A stretch of 64,000 nucleotides of DNA from Steroidobacteraceae bacterium. GTDB taxonomy: Bacteria; Pseudomonadota; Gammaproteobacteria; Steroidobacterales; Steroidobacteraceae. Location: the NCBI GenBank assembly GCA_036273095.1, contig DATAXF010000008.1:10769-74768 (forward strand). Direction: 5' to 3'. The notes below the pieces were generated by a model. The model was not told the DNA's origin. It made no database searches and saw only the letters and a program-made list of their open reading frames with translations. How positions within the stretch are numbered: the stretch's first letter is position 1; the number at the start of each line of letters is the position of its first letter. This document shows positions 33,070 through 41,269 of the stretch, piece by piece. The translations under genes and the position numbers were made by a program.

Positions 33070-35265
33070 GTGACCGGCTTGCATCCTTCGGACTTGGGCG
33101 CATCGGCCGCCGTCTTCCTGTCGCAGATCGTGGTGCTCCTGGTCGTCGGCCGGCTGCTGGGGGAGCTGCTGTCGCGCTGGGGCCAGCCGCCGATCATGGG
33201 ACAGCTCCTGGCGGGCGTCGTGCTCGGCCCATCGGTGCTCGGCTTCCTGTCGCCCGCGTCCGAGCTCGCACTCTTTCCCCACGCCCCGGCGCAACGGGCG
33301 ATGCTGGATGCGGTCGCGCAGGTCGGAGTCCTGCTCCTGCTTCTGCTTACCGGCATGGAGACGGATCTCTCGGTCATGCGCAACTGCGGACGCGCTGCCC
33401 TCAGCGTGTCGCTGGCCGGCATCGCCCTGCCCTTCGTCCTGGGCGTGCTGGCGATCGAGCTGCTGCCGGCCTCGATGCTCCTCAAGCCGGACGAGCGGCT
33501 CCTGCTCGCGCTTTTCATCGGTACCGCGCTCGCGGTGTCGTCGGTGAAGATCGTCGCCGCCCTGGTGCGGGAGCTCGGTTTCATCCGGCGCATGGTAGGC
33601 CAGATCATCCTGGCCGCCGCCATCATGGACGATGCGATCGGGTGGATATCCGTGTCCGTGCTCCTCGGGCTCGCGCAACACGGCAGCATCGATCTCGGCG
33701 GCGTGGCGCGTAGCGTCCTCGGCACACTCGCATTTCTTGCGTTCAGCGTTACCGTGGGACGCCGGCTCGTTTTCCACGTGATCCGCTGGACCAACGATCA
33801 CTTCGTGAGCGAGCTCCCGGTGATCACCGTCATCCTGGTGATCATGGGCGCGATGGCGCTGGCGACGGACGCAATCGGCGTCCAAGCCGTGCTCGGCGCC
33901 TTCGTCGCAGGCGTTCTGATCGGCGAATCGCCCATCCTGACACGTCACATCGAGGAGCAGCTGCGCGGCCTCATCGTGGCGCTGTTCATGCCGGTGTTCT
34001 TCGGGACGGCCGGCCTCGCCACCAACGTCGCCGCCCTTGGCCACGCCAACATGCTCGTGCTCACGGCGGGCCTCATCGTCCTGGCGAGCGTCGGCAAGTT
34101 CTCCGGGGCGTTCCTCGGCGGCCGTCTCGCCGGCCTCACGGGCGCGGAATCGCTCGCCGTGGGGTGCGGCATGAACGCCCGCGGCTCGACGGAGGTGATC
34201 ATCGCCTCCATCGGGCTCTCCGTGGGCCTCATCGATGAGAGCTATTTCACCGCCATCGTGGTCATGGCTCTGGTGACGACGCTCGCCATGCCCCCGATGC
34301 TGCGCTGGGCGCTGAAGCGTCTGCCAATGCGGGCCGAGGAGGCCGCACGCCTCGAGCGCGAGGCGCTGGAGGAACGGGGCTTCCTCTCGGGCGTCGAGCG
34401 CCTGCTCCTCGCTGCGGACGCGAGTCCGAGCGGCCAGCTCGCCTCGCGCCTCGCGGGCCTCATCGCCGGAGTGCGGCAGATTCCGGCCACGGCCCTGCAT
34501 TTTGAGCGTAGGGCCGCCGAGGGCGCGGCGGCGGAGCACACGACGGCCGTCATCCGCGAGGCAGCCGAATCGGGAGGCGCGGAGAACGGCGGCTCGGAGC
34601 GTCTCGATCTGACGCTCAGGATCGAGGAGCCGCAGCCCGGCGGCGATGCGATCCGCTCCGAGAACCGCAAGGGTTACGGGCTGCTCCTCATCGGGCGGGA
34701 GGCCTCCGCCCGCGGCGCCATGTTTCACCGCGCGATCGCGCAGACCGCGGCGCAGTTCTCGGGACCCTTCGCAGTGGTGCTCGCGCGTCGGGAGCACCGC
34801 TCGGGCAAGCTGCGGGCGCCGCTCAACATCCTTGTACCGGTGTCGGGAACGAGCGTCTCACGCCGCGGCGCGGAGCTTGCGGTCGCTCTGGCGCAAGGCT
34901 CGCGCGGCTCGGTGACGGCGCTGCACATTGCCGGACGCGGCGCCGCGCGGCGGCCGCTGCACCGCCGCTTCGGCGCGCTGTTGGGCAGACAGGACGATGT
35001 CGAAGAGGAGCTGTCCAACAACCCCATTACCGATGAGATCGTGCAACTCGCGCGCGCTTACTCGGTGAATGTGCGATCCGCCGTGCGCAGCCATCGCGAT
35101 CCCGACGCCGCGATACTCCGTGAGATCGGCGCAGGCCGGCACGACGTGTTGGTCATGGGAGTCAGCCCGCGGCCGGGCGATCCGCTCAATTTCGGTGACG
35201 TCGCTTCGGTGCTGCTCGAGCGCGCAGAATGCTCGCTCGTCTTTCTCGCGGCGGAGCCCGACTAA
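33070..35265 (+). CDS. CPA2-family cation:proton antiporter fused to tandem universal-stress-protein (Usp) domains
   Basis: GTG 33070. Na+/H+-exchanger-type TM domain (GQPPIMGQLLAGVVLGPSVLGF...). Two C-terminal Usp-like modules (RLLLAADASPSG...; NILVPVSGTSVSRRGAELAV...HDVLVMGVS...SLVFL). Confidence 0.85.
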   Translation: MTGLHPSDLGASAAVFLSQIVVLLVVGRLLGELLSRWGQPPIMGQLLAGVVLGPSVLGFLSPASELALFPHAPAQRAMLDAVAQVGVLLLLLLTGMETDLSVMRNCGRAALSVSLAGIALPFVLGVLAIELLPASMLLKPDERLLLALFIGTALAVSSVKIVAALVRELGFIRRMVGQIILAAAIMDDAIGWISVSVLLGLAQHGSIDLGGVARSVLGTLAFLAFSVTVGRRLVFHVIRWTNDHFVSELPVITVILVIMGAMALATDAIGVQAVLGAFVAGVLIGESPILTRHIEEQLRGLIVALFMPVFFGTAGLATNVAALGHANMLVLTAGLIVLASVGKFSGAFLGGRLAGLTGAESLAVGCGMNARGSTEVIIASIGLSVGLIDESYFTAIVVMALVTTLAMPPMLRWALKRLPMRAEEAARLEREALEERGFLSGVERLLLAADASPSGQLASRLAGLIAGVRQIPATALHFERRAAEGAAAEHTTAVIREAAESGGAENGGSERLDLTLRIEEPQPGGDAIRSENRKGYGLLLIGREASARGAMFHRAIAQTAAQFSGPFAVVLARREHRSGKLRAPLNILVPVSGTSVSRRGAELAVALAQGSRGSVTALHIAGRGAARRPLHRRFGALLGRQDDVEEELSNNPITDEIVQLARAYSVNVRSAVRSHRDPDAAILREIGAGRHDVLVMGVSPRPGDPLNFGDVASVLLERAECSLVFLAAEPD

Positions 35266-35918
35266 GGCCGCCACTCGAGCAGGTCGCCGATCCGCTCCAC
35301 CGCGACATCGGCTGCGGGGTAGGCGGCACTCTCCTTCGGGTCGTTGGCATAGTGACCCTGCCGCGGGAAGATGGTGGTGAGGGACGCGCCCCATGCGCCC
35401 TTCATCGCCGTGAGGATGCGCAGCTTGTCATCCACCATCACGTAACGGGATGCAGGGTACCGCCGCTTCACGGAGTCGAGCATCCGCTCCTTGTGCAGGT
35501 AGATGAGCACCCGTCCTTCGACCGCATCCCAAAGGCCGGAGCGGCGGATCTTGAGGGGCTGAAAGACCACATCTCCATCCGAAAGGATGACGGTCGGCCC
35601 GAAGCGGCGGCAGTGCCCCAACACTCGCAACGCATCCGGGTACAGCCGATTCGCGAACGGGTAGTCGATCAGGAAAGACGACATCAGCAGCAGCTGCGGC
35701 TCGTCCAGATTCTCCAGGCGGTAGCGCTGCAGCGCGCCGAGATAATCCGCGTAGCCGAGCTCGGCGCGGAGCGTCTCGAAGATGGTCCAGTAACGGTCCC
35801 GTTGCGCGCGGCCGAACTCCCTCTCCAGGTGCGCGCTCAGGTCAGCCTGTACGGCGTCGTTGTCGAGCAGCGTGTTGTCGACGTCGAAGAGGAATACAGG
35901 TTGCGCAGGCTGCGGCAT
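35262..35918 (-). CDS. HAD-superfamily hydrolase
   Basis: ATG 35918. Motif I FLFDVDNTLLD, later ILSDGD and VMVDDK. The stop overlaps the convergent antiporter stop by 4 nt. Confidence 0.8.
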   Translation of the reverse strand: MPQPAQPVFLFDVDNTLLDNDAVQADLSAHLEREFGRAQRDRYWTIFETLRAELGYADYLGALQRYRLENLDEPQLLLMSSFLIDYPFANRLYPDALRVLGHCRRFGPTVILSDGDVVFQPLKIRRSGLWDAVEGRVLIYLHKERMLDSVKRRYPASRYVMVDDKLRILTAMKGAWGASLTTIFPRQGHYANDPKESAAYPAADVAVERIGDLLEWRP

Positions 35919-35930
35919 GGCTGTGATCTC

Positions 35931-35958
35931 AGCGTGGGGACCGGATGGTCCCCACGCT
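35931..35958. other. Perfect 12-bp GC-rich stem-loop between the His/Gly/Trp-rich gene and the HAD gene
   Basis: agcgtggggacc-ggat-ggtccccacgct, located 13 nt upstream of the HAD ATG on the minus strand. No flanking U/T tract. Confidence 0.4.
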
Positions 35959-36021
35959 ATCACGTCCTACGCCAGCTGCGACTGCTGCGACTCCGGTTAT
36001 TGTCTCCGGCTATCGTTGCCG

Positions 36022-36822
36022 TTATTGCACGCTGTAGCCGCGCGCATCGAGGCAAGCCGTCACGGCGCGCTTGTAGCTATCAGGCGTGGCCGTGGCCGCC
36101 TGCGAGCTGTTGGCTGCATTGGTCGGATCGTACCCGGTCTGGCTGACGGCCCACTCGTGACACTGGTAGCGATCGTTCGCCGTCTGCTGCTCGCTCTGGC
36201 CGTTCTTCGGATAGACGTAGAGGCTCATCGCGCCTTGCCCCGGAGCGGCGCCCGGTCCCGGTGCTCCCTCCTCCGGCTGTCCGGCGGGCGGTGGAGCCGC
36301 GGCTCCGTCCTCCACGCCACCCGTGACCGGCGGCGGGTCGGTCACTACGTACGAGTCGTAATCAGGATTCCAGGCGTAATACACACCCTGAGTGTAGTAA
36401 TACGGCACGCCGCCCCACCAGTAGGTGGAGTAGCCCACGGGCAGCACTCCCAGGAACCACGGGAAGTCCCAGCCCAGATAGACGTGGGGCCAGAAGCCGC
36501 CGCGCCAGTAGCCGCCGCCCCACGTATGAGGCACCCAGTGCGATCCCCACGGGCGCACCCAGCCGCCGCCGCCTACGCGTGGCCCGCCGCCCCAGTGCGG
36601 GTGCATGCCCGACCAGTGCTGCGGCACGGCGTAGTGGCCATGAGGCGCCGCGAAGGCATGACCGGCGAAATGCCCTCCTCCCACGTGGCCTCCTCCCCCG
36701 TGGCCGCCCCCGTGGTAGCCGCCGTGATCCTGTCCCAGCGCCGGCGTAACCGCCAAGAGAAGCGAAGCCGCCAGTGCCACCGCGCCGCCAATGCCATTCC
36801 TGATTCGTATCATGGATTTCAC
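36022..36822 (-). CDS. Secreted His/Gly/Trp-rich protein with conserved Cys-containing C-terminal module
   Basis: Signal peptide (GGAVALAASLLLAVTPALG). HGGYHGGGHGGGGHVGGGHFAGH... followed by Trp/Tyr/Gly-rich repeats. C-terminal LYVYPKNGQSEQQTANDRYQCHEWAVSQTGYDP...YKRAVTACLDARGYSV. GTG 36822 or ATG 36813. Confidence 0.6.
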   Translation of the reverse strand: MKSMIRIRNGIGGAVALAASLLLAVTPALGQDHGGYHGGGHGGGGHVGGGHFAGHAFAAPHGHYAVPQHWSGMHPHWGGGPRVGGGGWVRPWGSHWVPHTWGGGYWRGGFWPHVYLGWDFPWFLGVLPVGYSTYWWGGVPYYYTQGVYYAWNPDYDSYVVTDPPPVTGGVEDGAAAPPPAGQPEEGAPGPGAAPGQGAMSLYVYPKNGQSEQQTANDRYQCHEWAVSQTGYDPTNAANSSQAATATPDSYKRAVTACLDARGYSVQ

Positions 36823-36935
36823 GCCTGTCTTTTGACCGGTCGGACCGTTCCGACCGTTACCATACCCTACAACGCACCACCTGAAGGCACGCTGACCCGG
36901 GAGCCCTATGGGTCACACTGGCCCTGAGAACCGGG

Positions 36936-39515
36936 TCACAAAGCGGTGGCTGAGGCCTGGCGGGGCCGCCGCCGTACCAGCAGCTTCACCCCTTGCAGAG
37001 CGCCAAGCAGGACCACCGCGGCCGCGATGCAGAGGAGCACCTGATGGGCCCGCAGCGGACCCAGGTGCAGGAACCCGGCCACGGCCGGAATGAGGAGCAT
37101 CGCCACCAGGGCGCCTGCCGCGGCCGTCACGCTGATCCAGAGCGAGGGATTCGGCCGCGCCAGACCCGCGAGCGGCGAGGCGCTGAAGCTGCGATTGGCG
37201 AAGATCAGGGCGTAGTTGGCGCCCACCAGGGTGAGGAAGCCCATCGAGCGCACCGTCTCGGAGGGCAGGCCGTGAAGGGAGGCGTAGAGGAATACGCCGC
37301 ACACCACCAGGGTTGCAAGCGCTCCCTGCAGGAAGCCGCCCACGAGCAGCGGCCGCGACAGCAGCTTGCCCTCGGGATCGCGCGGCGGCCGGGTCATGAC
37401 GTCGCGCTCGTCGCGCTCCGCCTCGAGCACGACCGAGCACAGCGGATCGATGATGAGCTCGAGGATCGCGATCAGCATCGGGGTCAGCACCAGCGGCCGG
37501 CCCATTGCGATCGGGACCAGCGCCAGGCCCGCGATCGGCAGATGGATCGCGAGAATGTAGCTCACCGCCTTCACCAGGTTGTCGTAGATGCGGCGCCCGA
37601 GCCGCACCGCGCGTACGATGGAGTTGAAATCATCGTCGAGCAGCACGAGCGCGGAGGCTTCGCGCGCAACGTCGGTGCCGCGCTGACCCATGGCGATGCC
37701 GATGTGCGCCGACCTGAGCGCCGGTGCATCGTTCACACCGTCCCCCGTCATGGCGACCACCTCGCCGCGCGCTTTGAGGGCGGCGACGATGCGCAGCTTC
37801 TGTTGCGGAGTGATGCGCGCGAAGACCGACACCTGCGCGACGCGCTCGAGGAGCGAGGGCTCGTCCAGCCGCGCCAGCTCCGGCCCGGTCATGACCCCCT
37901 CATGCTCGATGCCGGCCTGGGCCGCGATCGCACGCGCGGTCTCAGGATGATCGCCGGTGATCATGACTACACGAATCCCCGCGGAGCGGCATTCGCGCAC
38001 GGCTTCCGGGATACCCGCGCGCAACGGATCCACGAAACCGATCAGGCCGTCAAGTTGAAGGGGCAGATCGAGGGCGCGCTCGGGCGGCGCGGATACGAGC
38101 TGAGCCGAAGCGACTGCGAGCACCCGCATCCCCCGACGCGCCAGCTCTTCGACTCTGGCACGCATCGTCTGCAGGGCGGCGGCATCGAGGCGACAGAGCG
38201 TGGCAATGGCCTCGGGTGCGCCCTTGGCAGCGGCTGCCGCGGCGCCGCCCGGCAGACGCCAGACCTGCACGAGCGCGGGCAGCTCCGGCAGCCACGGATA
38301 TCCGCGGACCAGCTCCGCTCCAGCAGCGCCGCCGCCAACGTCGGCCGCCAGCCGCACCAGCGCCCGGTCCATCGGATCCACCGCTTCGGGGCGGCTCGCC
38401 AACACGGCGGTGGCGAGTAACTCCTGCAGCCGCGGGTGCAGCGCGCGCGATTCTCCGGATCCAGTCACCGCCTCCGCACATTGCGCGTCCCGCTCGAGCC
38501 ATTCGACCGACATGAGATTACGCGTCAGCGTCCCCGTCTTGTCGGTGCAGAGCACGGTCGCGGCGCCCACTGTCTCGATGGCGGCGGGCCGCCGCGTCAA
38601 CACGTGTGAGCGCGACAGCCGCCAGGCTCCCATCACCATGAACACCGTGAGGACCAGGGGAAACTCTTCGGGCAGCATCGACATCCCGAGCGCGATGCCA
38701 CCGAGCAGGCCCTGCAGCCACGCCCCCCGCAGCAGTCCGTAAAGCAGCACGGCGAGCGCGCTCAACGACAAGCCGACGATGGCGAAGCCCGTCACGAAGC
38801 CACGCGTCTGGGCCTGCAGGCGCGGCGGCTCCGGTGTGATGCGGGTGACGGCATGGCCGATCTTGCCGATCTCACTGCGCAGTCCCGTCGCGGTGACGAC
38901 CGCCAGACCGCCGCCCGTGACGATCAGCGTGCCCGAGAAGACCAGAGGAAGGTCATCGCCGCCCGGTGCGGCCTCGGCGGGCGAAGATTGCGCGGCTGCG
39001 GCTTCCTCCGGCGCGGGGCGCTTGCGCACCGGGACGGACTCTCCCGTGAGCAGGCTCTCGTCCGCCTGCACGTCGTCTCCGGAAATCAACAGCGCATCCG
39101 CGGGAACACGATCGCCCTCGGCGAGCACCAGCAGATCGCCGCGCACGACTTCCCTGCCGGGGATGCGAATCTGCTCGCCGTCGCGGATGACGAGCGCCCG
39201 CGGGCTCGTCAGGTCCCGCAGCGCCTCGAGCACGCGCTCGCTCCTGCCCTCCTGGATGATCGCGATCGCCACCGAGAAACAGGCGAACGCGAACAGCACG
39301 ATCGCCTCGCCGCGGCTGCCGATGAACAGATACAACACGCCGGCGCCGAGCAGCAGCGCGAACATCGGCTCGCGCACCACCTCCAGGATGATGCGCAGCG
39401 CCGTGCGGCGCTCGAGCTCGGGCAGCGCGTTCGGGCCCTCGACCCGCAGCCGCTGCGCGGCTTCCTGACCGCTCAGGCCGCGGCGCGATTGAGATCGGGC
39501 GTCGGTGTGAAGCAT
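36936..39515 (-). CDS. Cation-translocating P-type ATPase (type II-like; ion unknown)
   Basis: ATG 39515. TGES actuator (LLTGESVPV), phosphorylation site CTDKTGTLTRN, hinge MTGDGVNDAPAL, PEEFP in M4, and 10 TM helices. Confidence 0.9.
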   Translation of the reverse strand: MLHTDARSQSRRGLSGQEAAQRLRVEGPNALPELERRTALRIILEVVREPMFALLLGAGVLYLFIGSRGEAIVLFAFACFSVAIAIIQEGRSERVLEALRDLTSPRALVIRDGEQIRIPGREVVRGDLLVLAEGDRVPADALLISGDDVQADESLLTGESVPVRKRPAPEEAAAAQSSPAEAAPGGDDLPLVFSGTLIVTGGGLAVVTATGLRSEIGKIGHAVTRITPEPPRLQAQTRGFVTGFAIVGLSLSALAVLLYGLLRGAWLQGLLGGIALGMSMLPEEFPLVLTVFMVMGAWRLSRSHVLTRRPAAIETVGAATVLCTDKTGTLTRNLMSVEWLERDAQCAEAVTGSGESRALHPRLQELLATAVLASRPEAVDPMDRALVRLAADVGGGAAGAELVRGYPWLPELPALVQVWRLPGGAAAAAAKGAPEAIATLCRLDAAALQTMRARVEELARRGMRVLAVASAQLVSAPPERALDLPLQLDGLIGFVDPLRAGIPEAVRECRSAGIRVVMITGDHPETARAIAAQAGIEHEGVMTGPELARLDEPSLLERVAQVSVFARITPQQKLRIVAALKARGEVVAMTGDGVNDAPALRSAHIGIAMGQRGTDVAREASALVLLDDDFNSIVRAVRLGRRIYDNLVKAVSYILAIHLPIAGLALVPIAMGRPLVLTPMLIAILELIIDPLCSVVLEAERDERDVMTRPPRDPEGKLLSRPLLVGGFLQGALATLVVCGVFLYASLHGLPSETVRSMGFLTLVGANYALIFANRSFSASPLAGLARPNPSLWISVTAAAGALVAMLLIPAVAGFLHLGPLRAHQVLLCIAAAVVLLGALQGVKLLVRRRPRQASATAL

Positions 39516-39779
39516 CGCACTATCGTACACACCCGGGGCGTCGCCGAGCCACGACACTTCGTGGCGCGTGGCTCACGCTTGCACGGGTTAACTTTCGGTA
39601 ATGATGGTAACCCGGCCTGTTCCTGCGACGTTGTTAACGCACGAAAGCCCGCAAATCGGGCGCAAGCGGCGCATGGTTGCAAGGCACGACAGCCATCTCA
39701 GCCGGCACGAGGATGCCCGGCTCAACAGGCAAGAGAACCGCGTCAGCCGTCGCATCGGTCAATAACTGGAGCTCCCCTC

Positions 39780-40118
39780 ATGTCGAAATCGTATCGTTCC
39801 GTTCTCACCGCCGCGGCCGCCGCGGTGTCGCTGAGCTGCCTCACCGCCCCGGCCATCGCCCAGAGCGCCTGGGCGGCTCGGCACCCGCTGCGCGCGGAGG
39901 TCAACGGCCGTCTCGCCAAACAGGACATGCGCATCGATGAGAAGGTCAGGATGGGCCAGATGAGGCCTGAGCGGGCTGCCCGCCTGCACGCTGCCGACCA
40001 GCGCATCCGTGCGCACGAGGAGCGCATGGCTGCGATGCACGGCGGCCACATCACCGCGCGCGAGCAGGCGAAGCTCAATGCCGATGAGGATCGTATCAGC
40101 GCTCAGATCGGCCCGTAG
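39780..40118 (+). CDS. Small secreted helical protein (112 aa)
   Basis: ATG 39780. Signal peptide SVLTAAAAAVSLSCLTAPAIAQS. Repeated R/Q/E-rich helices (...ITAREQAKLNADEDRISAQI), reminiscent of periplasmic LTxxQ-type proteins. Confidence 0.55.
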   Translation: MSKSYRSVLTAAAAAVSLSCLTAPAIAQSAWAARHPLRAEVNGRLAKQDMRIDEKVRMGQMRPERAARLHAADQRIRAHEERMAAMHGGHITAREQAKLNADEDRISAQIGP

Positions 40119-40140
40119 CCTTCGCGCCGACGGGTCTGCG

Positions 40141-40170
40141 GGGCCGCCTCGAGGCGGCCCTGCCTTTCGT
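40141..40170 (+). terminator. Candidate intrinsic terminator
   Basis: gggccgcc-tcga-ggcggccc (8-bp GC stem) followed by tgcctttcgtgtcttc (T-rich), 22 nt after the stop at 40116-40118. Lies between convergent genes. Confidence 0.45.
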
Positions 40171-40174
40171 GTCT

Positions 40175-40600
40175 TCAGCCCCTGCGGCGGGAGATGACGA
40201 TGACCGCGATCAGCACCACGGCGATGTTGAGCACCCACCAGGCAAACATGCCGTGGCCCTGGAGCACATCGAGTGCGCTGCGCCGCTGCGGCACGGTCAC
40301 GCTGCCGGTGAGGAGCTCGCGAATGCCATCGTGGGAGACGATGACGCCGAGGGAATGGGCGCCTCCACTTTGAGCGCTCGTCGAGATGAGATAGGAACCA
40401 TCGGCTTGCGCCGTGACCGGCACGCTGTGACCATCAAGGGTCACCGTGACGCTCCCCGGACCGGCGATCAGCCGGTGGTCCGGGATGCGCGAGACCTGGA
40501 GACGCAGAGCGTGGTCCGAGGGAGCGGCCGTCAGCGTGAGTAGCGCCGAGCGCGCCACCACTGTCGGGCCAGACTGCTGTGCGGAAGGATTCGCCATCAC
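40175..40600 (-). CDS. Hypothetical C-terminally membrane-anchored protein
   Basis: GTG 40600 directly follows the MarR-type gene stop (TAG 40601-40603), then ATG 40597. Beta-rich soluble part and a single C-terminal TM (MFAWWVLNIAVVLIAVIVI). Confidence 0.5.
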   Translation of the reverse strand: MMANPSAQQSGPTVVARSALLTLTAAPSDHALRLQVSRIPDHRLIAGPGSVTVTLDGHSVPVTAQADGSYLISTSAQSGGAHSLGVIVSHDGIRELLTGSVTVPQRRSALDVLQGHGMFAWWVLNIAVVLIAVIVISRRRG

Positions 40601-41062
40601 CTAATCCTGCAGCCCCAGGAAGCTTTCGAGAGCCTCCATGCCCGCCAGGAATCCTCGCAGCTGCTCCTTCGTGAGGCACGCGAGCAGCTGCCGCTCACGC
40701 TCGAGAACGAGCGGCACCAGGTCCGCGTACATGCGCCGCCCCGCCTTGGTGAGACGCACCTCCCGCTCCCGCCGGTCGGCGGCGCTCGAGACTCTCTCGA
40801 TGAGATCACGCTCCTCCAGATGAGCTATGGCGCGGCTCACTCGCGTCTTGTGCATCCGGGTGCTGGCCGCGATGTGCTGGGCCGTGCAGCCATGCTGCGT
40901 GCCGACCGTGGCCATGACGCGCCATTCCGGGACATCGAGGCCGAAGCGCTCCCGGTAGATGTCGGAGAGATGATTGCTGACCCCGACCGCGAGGCGGTTG
41001 AGGCGATACGGTACGAAGCCCGCGAGCTCGAGCCCGAGCTCGTTGGGCGCCCGGACGCTCAT
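40601..41062 (-). CDS. MarR-family regulator (HmgR-like, divergent to hmgA)
   Basis: ATG 41062. wHTH CTAQHIAASTRMHKTRVSRAIAHLEERDLIERV...DRREREVRLT. Its position divergent to hmgA mirrors the known HmgR arrangement. Confidence 0.85.
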   Translation of the reverse strand: MSVRAPNELGLELAGFVPYRLNRLAVGVSNHLSDIYRERFGLDVPEWRVMATVGTQHGCTAQHIAASTRMHKTRVSRAIAHLEERDLIERVSSAADRREREVRLTKAGRRMYADLVPLVLERERQLLACLTKEQLRGFLAGMEALESFLGLQD

Positions 41063-41136
41063 TCCGTCACCCTCGAAATAGTTGCGAACGCAACTAATTG
41101 TGTCATGATGTGTATGTGACCGTCCATCGATACTCA

Positions 41137-41244
41137 GGCACAAGGACGTGCCCCGCCGCCGCAGGTGGCGGAGCCGCGGGCAAAAACCACGCTTTTTGCC
41201 CGCGGCGCGCTGGTCCGGGCAGGAGCCCGGATCCAGCGCTTCAA
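41137..41244 (+). repeat. Structured ~108-bp intergenic repeat, copy A
   Basis: Near-identical to 45414-45522 on the same strand. Three hairpins: ggcac-N6-gtgcc; a 14-bp stem 41173-41186/41193-41206; gcgctgg tccggg-caggag-cccgga t ccagcgc (41207-41239). Confidence 0.75.
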
Positions 41245-41269
41245 CAAGCATACCGGGAGTGAGCGAGCG

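Noticed and set aside
32488-34797. 769-aa minus-strand ORF covering the antiporter region. Similar cases are 33012-33794, 33048-33713 and 34858-35394.
   Set aside because: It is antisense to a coherent CPA2-Usp gene. Its composition is dominated by Arg/Gly/His/Asp/Glu/Pro with no motif or hydrophobic pattern. This is a typical open antisense frame of GC-rich DNA.
39516-39779. M-box or other known riboswitch upstream of the P-type ATPase.
   Set aside because: I could not recognise any conserved riboswitch core. Only generic hairpins are present, reported as a low-interest finding.
41137-41152. Sigma-54 promoter-like GGCAC…TGC in the repeat head (also at 45414 and 17061).
   Set aside because: The GG-to-GC spacing is one nucleotide longer than the strict TGGCAC-N5-TTGC geometry. 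The motif is better explained as the ggcac/gtgcc hairpin.
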